Of a stretch of DNA of 64,000 bases, positions 22,153 to 35,000 are shown one piece after another; position 1 is the first letter of the stretch, and each line of letters starts with the position of its first letter. Both the position numbers and the translations under genes were made by a program. Source of the stretch: Balamuthia mandrillaris (lineage: Eukaryota). The stretch lies in NCBI GenBank assembly GCA_031835245.2, contig JAVKOQ020000020.1, positions 62,001-126,000 of the forward strand, in the 5' to 3' direction. The notes under the pieces are model-generated. The model was not told where the DNA came from, searched no databases, and worked only from the letters and a program-made list of their open reading frames with translations.

Positions 22153-22383
22153 CCCCTCTGCCGTTTAGTTTGATCTCTGCTGCACAAACACTGCACCACA
22201 ATAGCTCTATTTCTGCACACACCTCTGAGTGTTGCACTAAATCTGCACAACTATTGCACTGTTTGAGGTCAAAAATTGAATGAAGCACAAAAATTGCACA
22301 AAAAATGCAGCATTCGTGCTCCTTTTGTGATTAATGAAATAACAAAAGATCTACGAAGAAAGAAAGGAAGGAAGGAAGAGAGC
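22153..22383. promoter_or_regulatory. Putative bidirectional promoter between the acyltransferase and cysteine synthase genes
   Basis: 231 bp between divergent ATGs; contains several TGCAC motifs. Confidence 0.55.
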
Positions 22384-22824
22384 ATGCTTGCCGTCGGCGG
22401 TGGTAGTGGTGGTGGGAGCGCGCTGCGTCGTTTGGGCGCACGCGTGGCCGTGGCTCGTTCCAGTTTTGTTTATTCCTCTTCCGCTTCTTTGGGGCCGAAG
22501 AGAGCTGTTGCTGCTGGATCCGCCTCCTACACCACCTTTAAGGACGTGGTGGATGGGTTTGACGGAGCGGTCGGCAACACTCCTTTGATTCGACTGAAGC
22601 ACCTTAGCCAAGAGACTGGTTGTGATATTCTCGGAAAGGTTAACTGTCTCTTTTTATGACTCCTTCATAGTTCCGTGTTTAGTTCTTCTTCTTGTTCTTG
22701 TTCTTGTTCTTCTTGTTCTTCTTCTTCTTCTTCTTCTTGTTCTTCTTCTTCTTCTTCTTCTTCTTCTTCTTCTTCTTCTTCACTTTCTTTTTTTCTTTTT
22801 CTGTCTTAGTTTCTCATCTTCACT

Positions 22825-22865
<41 letters not shown>

Positions 22866-22932
22866 CATTCTCATTCTCACACGTGCTTCTTTCCTCTCTT
22901 TTGCGTTTATTCAGGCTGAGTTTATGAAGTAA

Positions 22933-22976
<44 letters not shown>

Positions 22977-23234
22977 CTCACTGCCTTGGCGGGAAAAACC
23001 CTTATATTTATTTTGTTCAAACAGTCCAGGAGGTTCGGTGAAGGACAGAGCCGCTTTGTTCATCATCAGAGACGCGGAGCAAAGAGGACTTATCAAGCCT
23101 GGTGGCACCATCGTTGAAGGCACCGCTGGAAATACAGGTAATGCAGAAAGAGAGAGGAGAGAAACGAAACAAGAGAGAAGAGAGTAGAGAGAAAGAGAGA
23201 GCGAGAGAGAGAGAGAGAGAGGGAGAGAGAGAGT

Positions 23235-23279
<45 letters not shown>

Positions 23280-24776
23280 AGCAGAAACAGAGAGATGAGA
23301 GAATTCGAAAAGAGAAACGACAAAGGCGCAAGAAAATAAGAATTAGAGGGTGACATTTTTTTCTGTGGCTTGGACAGGGATCGGCTTGGCGCATATCTGC
23401 AAAGCTAGAGGCTACAAGTGCGTGATCTACATGCCTAACACTCAATCCAAGGAGAAGATAGACCTCTTGCGTGCCTTAGGCGCTGATGTTAGAGCAGTTC
23501 CTGCCGTTGCTTACACCGTATGCTTCAATCCTACTCTTTCTTCTTCTTCATCTCCTTCTTCTTCTCCTTCTTCTTCCTCTTCTGCTGCTGCTGCTTTCTT
23601 TTGCATAGATTTCTTACTATTTTATTACCCGCACTGTTTTACTTTCGTTACCAAACTAAAGGACCCAATGAACTACAACCATCAAGCAAAGAGGTGGGCT
23701 GAAGGTCGCGAGAACTGCGTGTGGACAAATCAGTTCGACAACGTGGCTAATCGCTATGGTCACTTCTCTTCCACTGGACCTGAAATATGGCAACAAACCA
23801 AAGGCAACATTGACGCCTTCACTTGTGCTGTACTATTCCCCATTCTTATTTTTTCCGTCTCCTTTCTCTTTCTTTCATCACTTATTTTTTTTAACTCTTC
23901 GTTCTTCGTTCTTCGTTCTTCTTCTTGTTTTTCAACACAGACGGGAACAGGAGGAACGTTGGCTGGTGTCGGTCTCTTCCTCAAACAGAAAAAGTCTTCT
24001 CTGAGAATTGTTATTGCCGATCCTCCTGGCTCTGCTCTCTTCAAGTATATTCTTCTTGCGTCTTGCTTTGCTTTCTCTTGCTTTTCTTAGTTTCCTTATA
24101 ACACTAAACCAAAAAAAAAAAAAAAAAACATGCAGTTATTTCAAGACAGGAATGTTGGAGAGAGACGGAAGTTCAATTACGGAAGGAATAGGTCAAGGTC
24201 GCGTCACTGACAATCTCAAAGGAGCTCCTATCGACGACGCAGTCTTCATTCCTGATAGTGCTACCAGTTCGTGCTTCTTCTCTCGCTTTTTTTTCTTCCT
24301 TCTCTTGCTTTTGTTATGCTATTTGAAAGTAACTAGTTTTCGCCATTTGTAATAGTTAAAATGGTTTTCAATTTGCTGGATACCGAGGTTCGCGTTAAAT
24401 TGCTTTATCTCTTTTCAATATACTCTTTTTCTTTCTTGAAAACAAAACTAACCTTTAAAAATAAAACAAAAGGGTTTGTTTTTGGGAGCATCGAGTTGTT
24501 TGAATGTCTGCGCTGCCTATGAAGTCGCCAAAGCCATGGGGCCTGGTCACACCAGTTTCGTCTCTCTCTCTCTCTCTCTCTCTCTCTGCACTATGAACTC
24601 TGCTCTCTGTGCTCTCTGTCTCTGCTTCTTGATTAACTTTTTAAACAAAAGTTGTGACGATACTGTGCGATGGCGCGTACCGATACCAATCCCGTCTGTT
24701 CAGCAAGAAATGGTTGCAAGAAAAGAATCTTCTCAAAGAACTCGACCAGAAGTACATCCAAATGTTGTCCGAGTAG
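22384..24776 (+). CDS. Cysteine synthase (O-acylserine sulfhydrylase, PLP), fungal CysB/Cys11 type; about 10 exons
   Basis: [85 protein letters not shown]; mitochondrial-like presequence. Confidence 0.95.
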
Positions 24777-24861
24777 AAGAAACTCTCTCTCTCTCTCTCT
24801 CTCACATTCTCTGCTTTTCTCTTGTGATAGTAAGACAAAGAACAAATGAAGAATGTTCTCT

Positions 24862-27281
24862 TTACAAAGCGTCTTTCTCTGGCCGAACAGTCAACTTACA
24901 AAAAGGACATCTCCGCACGTGCGGTCGATTCCACAGCTGACATTCTTCGTTTGGACAACGCCAAGAATCAGATGTGATAACAGCCTCAAAGCTCGTCCAT
25001 TCTTTGTCGTTTATTGGGTCGTAATCCTTTGCTACCACTCTTGGTTCTGCAAGCTTGTGACCTTTTATGTTGTTGATGTTGTCAGGAGAAAGAGGAGGAA
25101 ACGAAGAATATAGGATCCGAGAAGAAGAGAAAAGAAAGAAAAGACAGTAAACAGCAAAGAAGAGACAATACCTTGAAGAATAAGAGCTTTAACAACACTG
25201 GATATGGTGTAGCAATCGTCCAAACCGCTGTGATGCCGTCCTACGAATTCCAGGCCCAGTGCTTTGGATTATGGTCGTAAGAAAGAAAAGAAGAAGACAG
25301 AAAAAGAGCAATACCTTTGACCATGTGGGCCAGAGCAGGTCCAGCTGTTTGTTTGAAAGCGAAATAGGGATAATGTCGTTGGAACTCTGTTTTGAGATTG
25401 AAGTATTCTTCGTACCACCACTCTGTTTATAATTACAATCAGTAAGTATCCCGAAGAAGAGAGAGAGTGAGGGAGAGAAGAGGAGCAGAAGACTAGCATA
25501 GAAGATGAGAACAGCGAAGAGAACCGAGCGGAAGTTGCTTGCGCTGAGCTTCAAGTCTCAGCTGCACTTGGACGTCCCAAATGCCATCCGTTAGCACGCG
25601 AAACTCTGTACACTGCTGAGCTGATGATGTACACTGTGGAAACCACTTTTCCACAAACTCTTTAAACTGTTTTTGTTTAAAACCAGAAATAGTCATAAAA
25701 TAATAATTTTATGGAATAAAAAAATAAAATAGAAAAGAAATACCTTGAGAAGAGCTTCATGAAGAGAAATGCCTTCTCTCTCCAGAGTGTCTGGAGAAAT
25801 GCCAGTGAGAGCGGTCGTATATGGCGTAACGCATTGCATGCATTCTGGCCGTACGTAGTACCGTTCGCTGTGAACTATTTCAAATGTTGTCGTATCTAGT
25901 ACCACCTGAATGAATCACGTTAGCAATGGACCAGAGTTCGATGAAGAGCAGAGAAGAGATCGACAAAGAGAAGAGAAGAGAACGTTAAAGACAGAGAGAG
26001 AGAGAGAGAGAGAGATTCAAAATGATGATAAAGACAAACCCAAGGAAACTCAATAATCTCCGCATTAAGTGCCGGATGAACGAGGGGCGTTGGGCCATAG
26101 TCACAAGTAGCTTCGAGGTCAATGATCACCAAATATCGAAACCTTTGCTTTGGTAGTGTTGATGCTGATATCCACATTCGATTCATTTAAGAACGAACAC
26201 GAGCACGAGCAAGAGAACGAGAATGAGGATGAAGAAGCAGCAGAAGCAAAGATCAAAGAACAAAGAAGAACAAGAAGCACGCAGAACGAATGAAAAAGGA
26301 AGAGAAAATACGTTTGATGGGTGGAAGAAGAATGACAGGGTCGGAGTGCATGGCAAGCTTAGCCTTGAGGTTGGCTCCATTTTCGTTATATCCTTCTATG
26401 TACACTTTGAAGCGCGTCCCTGCCAACAATCGTCGTCTCGTTTCTTTTTTACACAACAAATGAAACATGAGGTACACCGTGAGAAAGAGCCAACAACGAC
26501 AGAACATAAATGTGAGTAAGACTAACACGCATATCTGCTATATACCTCTGAGAAGTTGTTGCGGATCCCGCCATTTGGCTCTTGTGCGATGCGTCCATTT
26601 TATGAGCACCTCCTCTATCACCACCGCTGTTCATGTGTCTGTGGTTAGCTCTCTACCTCCTCTTTCTCCTCTCTGCTTCTCTCTCTCTCTCTCTCTCTGC
26701 TCATTATCTCCTTCCTTTCCTTTCAGTTTTCATGTCTCTCTCTCTCTCTCTCTCTCTCTCGCATGGTTATCTCTTTTCTTCTCCGCTTTGCGGAACGAAC
26801 CTTCCGGTGGTTGGTCCTGCGGTTCTGTAGCTTCCTCAGTGGCGCCCCGCCGCGCGCTTTGTTGTGGTTCCCCGCGATGGGCGCCCTCCTCAACACAAAC
26901 CTCAAGGTTCACAAGGAAGCCCTGCAAGGTAAAGCCGGTGACAACAGCGGGCCACACGCGCCCAGCCAGCTTCACGTTCTTTTGCTCCAACCCCAAAAGG
27001 AACCGTTTGCGTCTTTGCGGGACGCTCTCTCTTCGTTGGGCCGCCACCACGCCATCCGCTCGGCTGACCTCCTCCTCTTTGTGCGGGTGGTCATCGGCCA
27101 GCGAGAGGGCTGAAAACAGGTTGGTGAGAGGAACTGCTTTGTCTGGCGGTGGTGGTTGGTGGCACTGCGGCGGCGGAAGCGTGTTTGCTTGTTGTTGCAG
27201 TTGGTGGTGGTATAGCCGGGCGGACCTTCGAGGGCTGTCGCTTCGCCACGCATGCTCCTCCTCCCCTCCGCTTCTTCTCAT
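24862..27281 (-). CDS. ERI1-family DEDDh 3'-5' exoribonuclease with putative N-terminal S1-like region and C-terminal RanBP2-type zinc finger
   Basis: YLVIIDLEATCD, EIIEFP, YVRP, TALTGIS, TDGIWD, GRHHSGLDDC; last exon WRCPNEECQLWNRPHVRRCPFC. Joining of the 5' exons is inferred from phase-compatible splice sites. Confidence 0.8.
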
Positions 27282-27589
27282 CTTTCCTCTTTTCTCTTTG
27301 GAATGCCAACAATGAATACTATGCAAACAATTCGAGGAATGAAGAATATTTAAAAAATGCAATATATTGCCGACACTGGATATCGATCATTATTCAAAAA
27401 ATATTAATTAGTTGATATTTTTTTTAATTATCGGAAAGCAGTTGAAGCACCAAACCAGAAAAAAGTTGGAAAGAAAAAGCATGATAAAACACCCCATCCC
27501 CTCAGGTGTTATAATTCTTCAACAACGTACGACGAACATACGATACTTGCTTCCCCATCAGGAAAAAGGAATCATTTCATCGGCGTCGT

Positions 27590-27771
27590 TCCTCCGTGGG
27601 AGGACCTCCCAGTGGAGCTGTGGAGCAGGGTCCTCTGGGATTTCGATCTGTTTCGGGTCGGGCCTCCACGGACCCACCTTCCTTAGCACTGTTGTGGAAT
27701 CCCCCTCCCCGACCGCCATGCATTGGGCTTTGGGGTTTCCCGAGATGAAACGGAAACTGCTTGAGCAATAA
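27590..27771 (+). pseudogene. Degenerate F-box gene fragment
   Basis: One frame reads PPWEDLPVELWSRVLWDFDL (F-box start) and then stops; another frame gives FLSTVVESPSPTAMHWAL. No clear start codon. Confidence 0.45.
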
Positions 27772-28119
27772 GGAGGCGACTATTGTGGGAGCGAGGAGTG
27801 CCGGATGCTCTTTAGCGAAGTGTCCAGCGTCTCACACATAAATAATCTAATCGACAATTATTTCAAATTTTTATCCATATAAAGAAAGAATTTTTAATCC
27901 TGTCGAAATAGGATTGAAAAGAAATGGCGAGGGATTTCAGGCCAGCAAAAAACGTCCGTTCTCCTGCTACCTTCGGTGTGTCCACAAAGGACAAAGCAAA
28001 CCATATGCGCATTGTTCATGTCGTAAATGTTGCAACCATATAAATAAGAATATTTTCGTTCTATTATTGCCTCGTGCCCCTTGACCACAAGTGTTTAAAC
28101 ACAGCCCAGCTCCTCCTAG

Positions 28120-29453
28120 ATGGAACAGAAACCAACCACGGCAGGCCAGACAACCAACGGCAACGCCATCATTGGTGTGGACGTCGGTGGAACCAACACG
28201 GACGCCGTTGTGTTGGTCGGCCGCGAGGTCGTCGCCTCCGTCAAACAACCCACCACGAAAGACGTTACCAGCGGCGTCACCTCGGCGTTGTCCCAAGTCC
28301 TTGCCTCCTCCAAGCTTTCTGCCTCCGACATTTCCGTCGTTATCATCGGCACCACTCACGTTCGTCATTCTCCTTTTTTTTTTCCTTCCTTTCTTTTTTT
28401 GTTTCGTTATAGCTTTCAACTTATATACAAGTTCTTTCTTGTTTGAAACAAAAGTTTGTGAATGCGGTCGTGCAGAGGAGCAACGAACTCAGGAAAGTGG
28501 CGGTGTTGCGCCTGTGCGGGCCGGCATCCAGGGCCATCCCTCCCTTTGGCGACTTCCCGACTGACCTCAGGGAGGTCGTCTACGGGTACCATGCCTTCCT
28601 GTCTGGTGGCTACGAGTTTGACGGCCAAGGTCCTCCTCCTTTCTCTGATTTTTTTGTCAGACTTGCTTATTTTTCTTCTCTCCTTCTCTTTCTTCTCTTG
28701 TGTCTTTCTCCCTTACCCCTCCTCCTCCTCTCATAAAAAACAGAGATAGAAGCAATAAGCGAAGAACAAGTGAAACAGCACTGCGCGAAGATAAAAGAGT
28801 TGGGTCTAAACGAAATAGTTATCAGCGGCGTTTTCTCTCCTTCGAATCCTACTCACGAGCTGAAGGTCGGTCAGCTGGTACACCAACACCTCCCACGTGC
28901 TCGCATCACTCTCAGCCATCAAGTTGCTCAGCTCGGCATACTTTGCCGTGAGAATGCGTAGCTCTCTCTTTCACTATTTCCCTCCTTCTTCTTTCTCCCC
29001 TATTGACGAGCCATCCCCATAACACAGAGCTATACTAAACGCAAGCATTCGTCCGCTCGCCATCAAAACCGTCTCCGCTTTTCGTAGCGCTCTCCTTCAA
29101 GCTGGCCTCGCTTCTTCTTCGACCACTCTCTTCCTCACGCAAAACGATGGAACGGTCATCAGCGCTGAAGACGTGGTAGACTTTCCTGTCTTCACTTTTG
29201 CTAGCGGCCCGACCAACTCTATGCGTGGAGCAGCATTCTTAACAGGGCTAAAGGAGGCTATCGTGGTTGATATAGGAGGCACCACTTCGGACTTCGGCGT
29301 GTTGGTGGGAGGTTTTCCACGCCCAGCAAGCGTTGCTGTGGAGGTCGGTGAGGTCCTGACCAACTTCCAGATGCCCGATGTCTTTTCTGTTGGTTTGGGA
29401 GGTTTGTATATCATTTCAATCGCTGCTCTCTCTTCCTCCATCCTCCTCCGTCT

Positions 29454-29493
<40 letters not shown>

Positions 29494-31889
29494 GTTAACA
29501 AACAAAATAAAACAGGAGGAAGCATCATCAAAAGAAGCAAAGATGGTTCGATGGCAGAGAGCATTGGCCCGGAGAGCGTTGGCTACCAACTCACCTCCAA
29601 AGCACTCCTCTTTGGTGGAGACGTTCTAACAACTTCCGACATCGCCGCCGCTCTTGGCTGGTGGCCCTCTTCTTCTCCGTCTTCTGAACTTCAGGAAGCA
29701 AAAGGAAGGGAGAGGATAGAGACACTATCAAAGAATGTTGAATTGTTGGAAAGTGTTCGGCGAATGATCAACCAAAAGTTGGAAGAAGGGATCGACGCCA
29801 TGAAAACCTCTCAACAAGCACAACCAGTCATCGTCGTCGGTGGAGGAAGTGTTCTCGTACCTTCCTCATCATCGCAAGGTTGTTGTTTGGAAGGAGCGAG
29901 TGAAGTTATCAAACCGAACCATTATGCAGTTGCAAACGCCATCGGAGCTGCCATCGCTCAAGTCAGTGGAAGTATCGATGTTGTCGTTCGTCTGGATAAG
30001 AACAAGAAAGAAGGAGCAGAAAGGGGAGGAAAAGAAGAAGAAGACGGAGACAAGGAGAAGGAGGAGTTATGCTTCACGAATAGAGAAACGGCGATAAGAG
30101 AATTGATGGCAAAAGCGAAGAGCAGGGCGATTGAAAACGGAGCCAAAGAGGACAGCTTGGAAGTTTTGGAGGTGACGGAAGTGCCGCTGGCGTACACGGA
30201 AGGAGACTTGCTGCGAGTGAAGATAAAGGTTGTTGGCGATCTGGACTTGCAGTCGTTTTGTCTTCGTCGGCAATCAAAAAAAGAAGCAGGGAAGAAGGAG
30301 AATGGAATTGAAGAGGAAGAACAAGAAGAAGAAGAAGAAGAAGAGACAGAAGAAGCGAAAGATGAAATAAAGAAGGAAGGAGATCAAGAACAAAAGAAGA
30401 AGCAAAAGCGGAGCGTGAAAGAGTATAAGCCGTTGATAGAGGTGAACGAAGAAAAAGGGTACAAGGAATGGATCATTGGAGAGGAAGACATAGAGTTCAT
30501 CGCGACAGGGGCTGGCATATTTGGTACTGGTGGAGGAGGTATGTTCTTTGGTTTTTTGTTCTTTTAGCTAGCACTTTTGTAACACTCTTTTCGTGCTCTC
30601 TTCCTTTCCGTTACAAAGGGAACCCATACCAGGCCAAAGCTCGTCTTCTCAACCATCTAAGGAATCAGGATGCCGATCGTCGTCACCGCATGAGAGTTAT
30701 CAGTCCACATTCGTTGAAAGATAGCGAATACGTGGTTGCGTGCGGCTTCATGGGCGCTCCCACTGTCATGCTGGAGAAGATGTCATCTGGTCATGAAGTG
30801 TCTAACTCTGGTATGTCGTCTTGTTGTTTTTCATTGCTTCATTTTTATGGTCTTCTTCTAACGGAGCTCTGGTTGGTGCCATACAGTGAAGGCGCTTCAA
30901 AACCTGAATAAAGACATAGCAGCTATATTGGTGGCTGAGGTTGGTGGTCTCAACGCTCTGGAACCTCTGCTTACCGCCGCCATCACCGGCATTCCTCTCG
31001 TGTACGCCGCTTCTTCTTCTCTGCTTCATTTGACCAACTTTGGTTTATTTACTCTTTATCACCTCCTTAGGGACGCCGACACGATGGGAAGGGCCTTCCC
31101 TCAACTCCAAATGAACACGCCATCCATCTACGGCCATCCTCTCACCCCAACTGCTCTCGCCGACGAGAAGGGCAACCAACTCGTGTTGACGGCCGCCAAA
31201 GATACCAGCTGGGTGGAAAAGCTGCTGCGAACGGCCACCGTTCAGTTTGGCTGCATCGCCGGCATTGCCTGTAACCTTTTGAACGGGGCAACGTTGAGGA
31301 GGACGTGTGTCCTGCACAGCGTCAGTGCCGCTTGGCATCTCGGGCGAACGGTTCGTTTCCTTCCAAAGTTGTTCTTATTCTCCTTCTAACCAACAACAAA
31401 AAGGTCCATTTGGCAAGAGAAGAAAAGAGAGACGTGATCGAGGCCATAACCTCCTCTCCAAAGTTCTCCGCCGTTCTCCTCTTCCGCGGCAAGATCACCG
31501 ACGTTCAACGCCGAACCCAGGCCGGCTTTGCCCTGGGCACCATCACCATCGAAGGCCTAAACGAAGTGGGCTCCCCCTTCAAAGGTCGTTCCGTTCAAGT
31601 CGACTTTCAGAACGAGAATCTCCTCGTTCGCGACCACGAGGACGGCAAGCTGCTGGCGGTCGTGCCTGACCTCATCTCCATCCTGGACAGCCTCACCGGC
31701 GAAAACGTGTTCACCGAAGACGTTCGTTACGGCCTTCGCGTCAGCGTCATCGCTCAACCCGCCAACCCGTTGTTGACGACCGCAGAGGGGTTGCAGGTGG
31801 TGGGTCCTGCGGCCTTTGGCTATGATGCGGACAAAGTGGTCTATCTACCCATCGCTCCGTTTCCCTCTCCTTCCTCTTTGTTTGAGTGA
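28120..31889 (+). CDS. Hydantoinase/oxoprolinase A-like protein fused to DUF917 (multi-exon)
   Basis: IGVDVGGTNTDAV, IGTTH|FVNAV, RENAAILNAS, SGPTNSMRGAAFL, VVDIGGTTSD, ANAIGAA; DUF917 part FIATGAGIFGTGGGG|NPY, MGAPTV, EVGGLN, DADTMGRAFP, FQNENL, VPDLI. Confidence 0.92.
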
Positions 31890-32079
31890 ATGCTCCTACA
31901 TGTAGTTATTAATGGAGCAAGCATGGCAGGATCAAGTGAAGTCCTCTTCGCAATTGTGCTGCTTCTTTGGATTAAAGAAGACAAGCTAAAAGTTGTTGTA
32001 AAACTTTTATATATGCAGCAAAAAAAAAAAGAAGAAACTTTTCATACAAACAAAAAAAAGACATACAAACGTTTTTTCG

Positions 32080-35000
32080 TTAGAACCGGTTGAGCGAAGT
32101 GGTTGTTCTTCTGCTGAAAGTGAAAGTGAAGAGCTTTCCTCGAGAACGCGGGGAAGCAGACGAAACGAGTTGCTCCGACGTGACCATCACCATCGACGCA
32201 GGATCCACTTCCACTCTATCGGGAAGGATCACATTTCGAGTTGTTCGCTTCTTGGTTGTTGTTTGTGTTGTGGGCGTGTGTGGGTGAGAAGGTGGAGGAG
32301 TATTTTGCCGAGCTTCTTCCAAAAGATCAGGAAGTAACTTGGACAACTCGGAGCGACCGAAACCGATTTGTTTGCTTCCTCCTTTGAAGCGATTCACGCG
32401 TTGTTGTTGTGGTGGGTTGCCTTGTGGGTGCGTTTGTTCTTCTGCTAGTTGATGTTGTTGTTCTTTGCAGACCAAAACGAGTGTTGCCGGAAACGCTTTA
32501 CATTCGATGATCGTTCTTGTTTGCTCTTCTTCCGCTTCTTCTTTTGTTGATCTTCTTTTTCCTTCAAACCAACACTCCACTTTCACTTCCTTTGGTGTAA
32601 TGCTCAGTTTTGTTTGAATTGTATCTTCTTCTCCTTCTTCATCTGTTTCTTTCCCTTCGCTTTCATTTGCTTTTGTGCGAATATGCTGTTCTTCTTTGTC
32701 GTTCGAGGCAGTAGTTCTTCTTCGTAACAACTCTCTCAAATATTCCAACTCTTCCCGTTCTTCTCGTTTCAATATGTCTTCTTCGTTATTGTTCCTCGCG
32801 GAAGAAAATGAAGGAGAAGACGAGGAAGCAAGTGGAGAAGTTACCTGACAAAGCGAAGTCGGTCGTTTTGTTTTTGACTGTTTTTTGTTGGATGATTTCT
32901 GTTTGCTGTTGTTGCTGTTTGGTGCTGTAGTTGTGGTGGACTGAAGCGAAGAAGTGGAAACAACGGCAGCAGGTCGTTGAGAGGTGAAGCTTCGAACCTT
33001 CTTCATGCCTTGGTTAATCTTACTTCCTTTCTTTTGCCAATATGCTATTTTACTCTTACCACTCTTCTTTTCCTGATCCTGTTTCTTAGTTTCGTCTTCT
33101 TCCTGTTCTTCTAGTTCTTTTTCCTTCTGTTTCCTTCTGTTCTGCTCTTCTTCTTCTGCCTTTTGCTGTTGTCGTTGTTGTTGAAGTTGAAGGTTTTCTT
33201 GAGAAGAGGAGAGAGGGAGGTCCACGCTTCGTCTTCTTGTGGGCGTTTTGTTTTCTTCTTCAGCCTCGTTTTCCTCCGCTTCTGAGTTCCTTATCGAGTT
33301 TTTCCAACGTTGAGTTTTCAGTGGTTGACTCTCCGCCAAAGAGAACAACGTTCGTCTTCCGCCCATTCCCTTTTCTTTCTGGTTCTCCATCTCCGCTTCT
33401 GGCTCTGTTTCTGTGTCTGTTTCTGACATTTCTGGTGTTTCTGATTCAGACATTTCCATTCCAGTCATATCAGTTCCCGTTCCCGTTCCCGTCGTTGTTC
33501 CCGTGCCTGTTTTGTCTGATTCTGTTTCAGAAGACTCGGACGCTTGTTCTTTTCTTCTTGTTCCGATTGGAGAGGAACTATCTGACTCTTCTTGTTGTAT
33601 ATCGTCAATCCACCGTCGTCGTTTCGCAATGCTGTTCATATCTCTAGGGGTTTTGCTTCTCCTCCATTCGTCTCCATTGCTCTTTGCATTTGACGTTCTT
33701 GAGGTTTTGCTTCTCATTTGTGCTTCTTCGCCTTCGCTTTCTTCTTCCTCTTCTCCATTTCTTTGAAGTTCTTGCAATCGTATTCGTTGTACTTTTTGTG
33801 TGGTTGATGGATCTACACGGGCTTCCGTCTTTCTGAAAGTCGTATGTTGTCTATCTCGAACAGAGAAAGTGTTTGAAGATGTAGAAAAAAAGCTGCTCTT
33901 GTTGTTTCGATTGTTCTCCAGCTCCAAAAAGAAGTTAATCTTTTGGCGAATGTCCGGAATACAAAGAGTTTGAGAAGGCTCCACTCTGGTCCAACCACCA
34001 GAATTCGAGGAAGGAGATGAGGTAACTAAAGCTCGAACTTCCGCTGCGCAGAAAGATCTACTGCGTCGATGAAGAGACTGGCGCGCCATCGTTGTTCGTT
34101 TGGATGGTATTATCGTTGTTCCGCTTTGTACTTTGGCTCTTTCTTCTTCTGTTTTTTCCATTTGTACATCATTTGATGGGGACGGAGTAGAAGCAGCTTG
34201 TTGCTTGTCGTCTTTTTCTTCTGTTTGTGAACCTAGAAGTAAGGCTGAGAGAGAGATAGGATCATCCGTGACCTTTTGTTCAGAACCTGGAAAAGCATAT
34301 CCATAATATGAGTCTGTTTTTTGTAACTCGGCAGAAGCGGAAGCAGTTGAAGCTGTTAATGGAGGTGCTGATTCATGAGGATAACTGACGGAGCGCGTTA
34401 GGTTTTGGCTTTGTTTCGGTCTTGGGGATGATGACTCGGAGGTAGTTGCTGCTGGTGGCGTTGTTGAGGCGAACGAAGGATAAGGGCTGCACCGATTTGG
34501 GTCGAGCATAGTTGAGAATTGGTTAAAACCAACTCGAAAAGCTAAGCAAGTGGTATGATCCATCTTTTTCAATTATAGAGGTGAGGCAAAGAATATATTG
34601 CAGAAGAAGAAGAAGAAGAAGAAGAACAAGAAGAACAAGAACAAGAAGAAGAAGAAGAACAAGAAGAAGAACAAGAACAAGAAGAAGAACAAGAACAAGA
34701 AGAAGAAGAAGAAGAACAAGAAGAACAAGAAGAACAAGAAGAACAAGAAGAAGAACAAGAAGAAGAAGAAGAACAAGAACAAGAAGAACAAGAAGAAGAA
34801 GAAGAAGAACAAGAAGAAGAAGAAGAGAACAAGAACAAGAAGAAGAAGAAGAAGAAGAACAAGAAGAACAAGAAGAAGAACAAGAAGAAGAAGAAGAACA
34901 AGAACAAGAAGAAGAAGAAGAAGAAGAAGAAGAACAAGAAGAAGAAGAAGAGAACAAGAACAAGAACAAGAACAAGAACAAGAACAAGAACAAGAACAAG

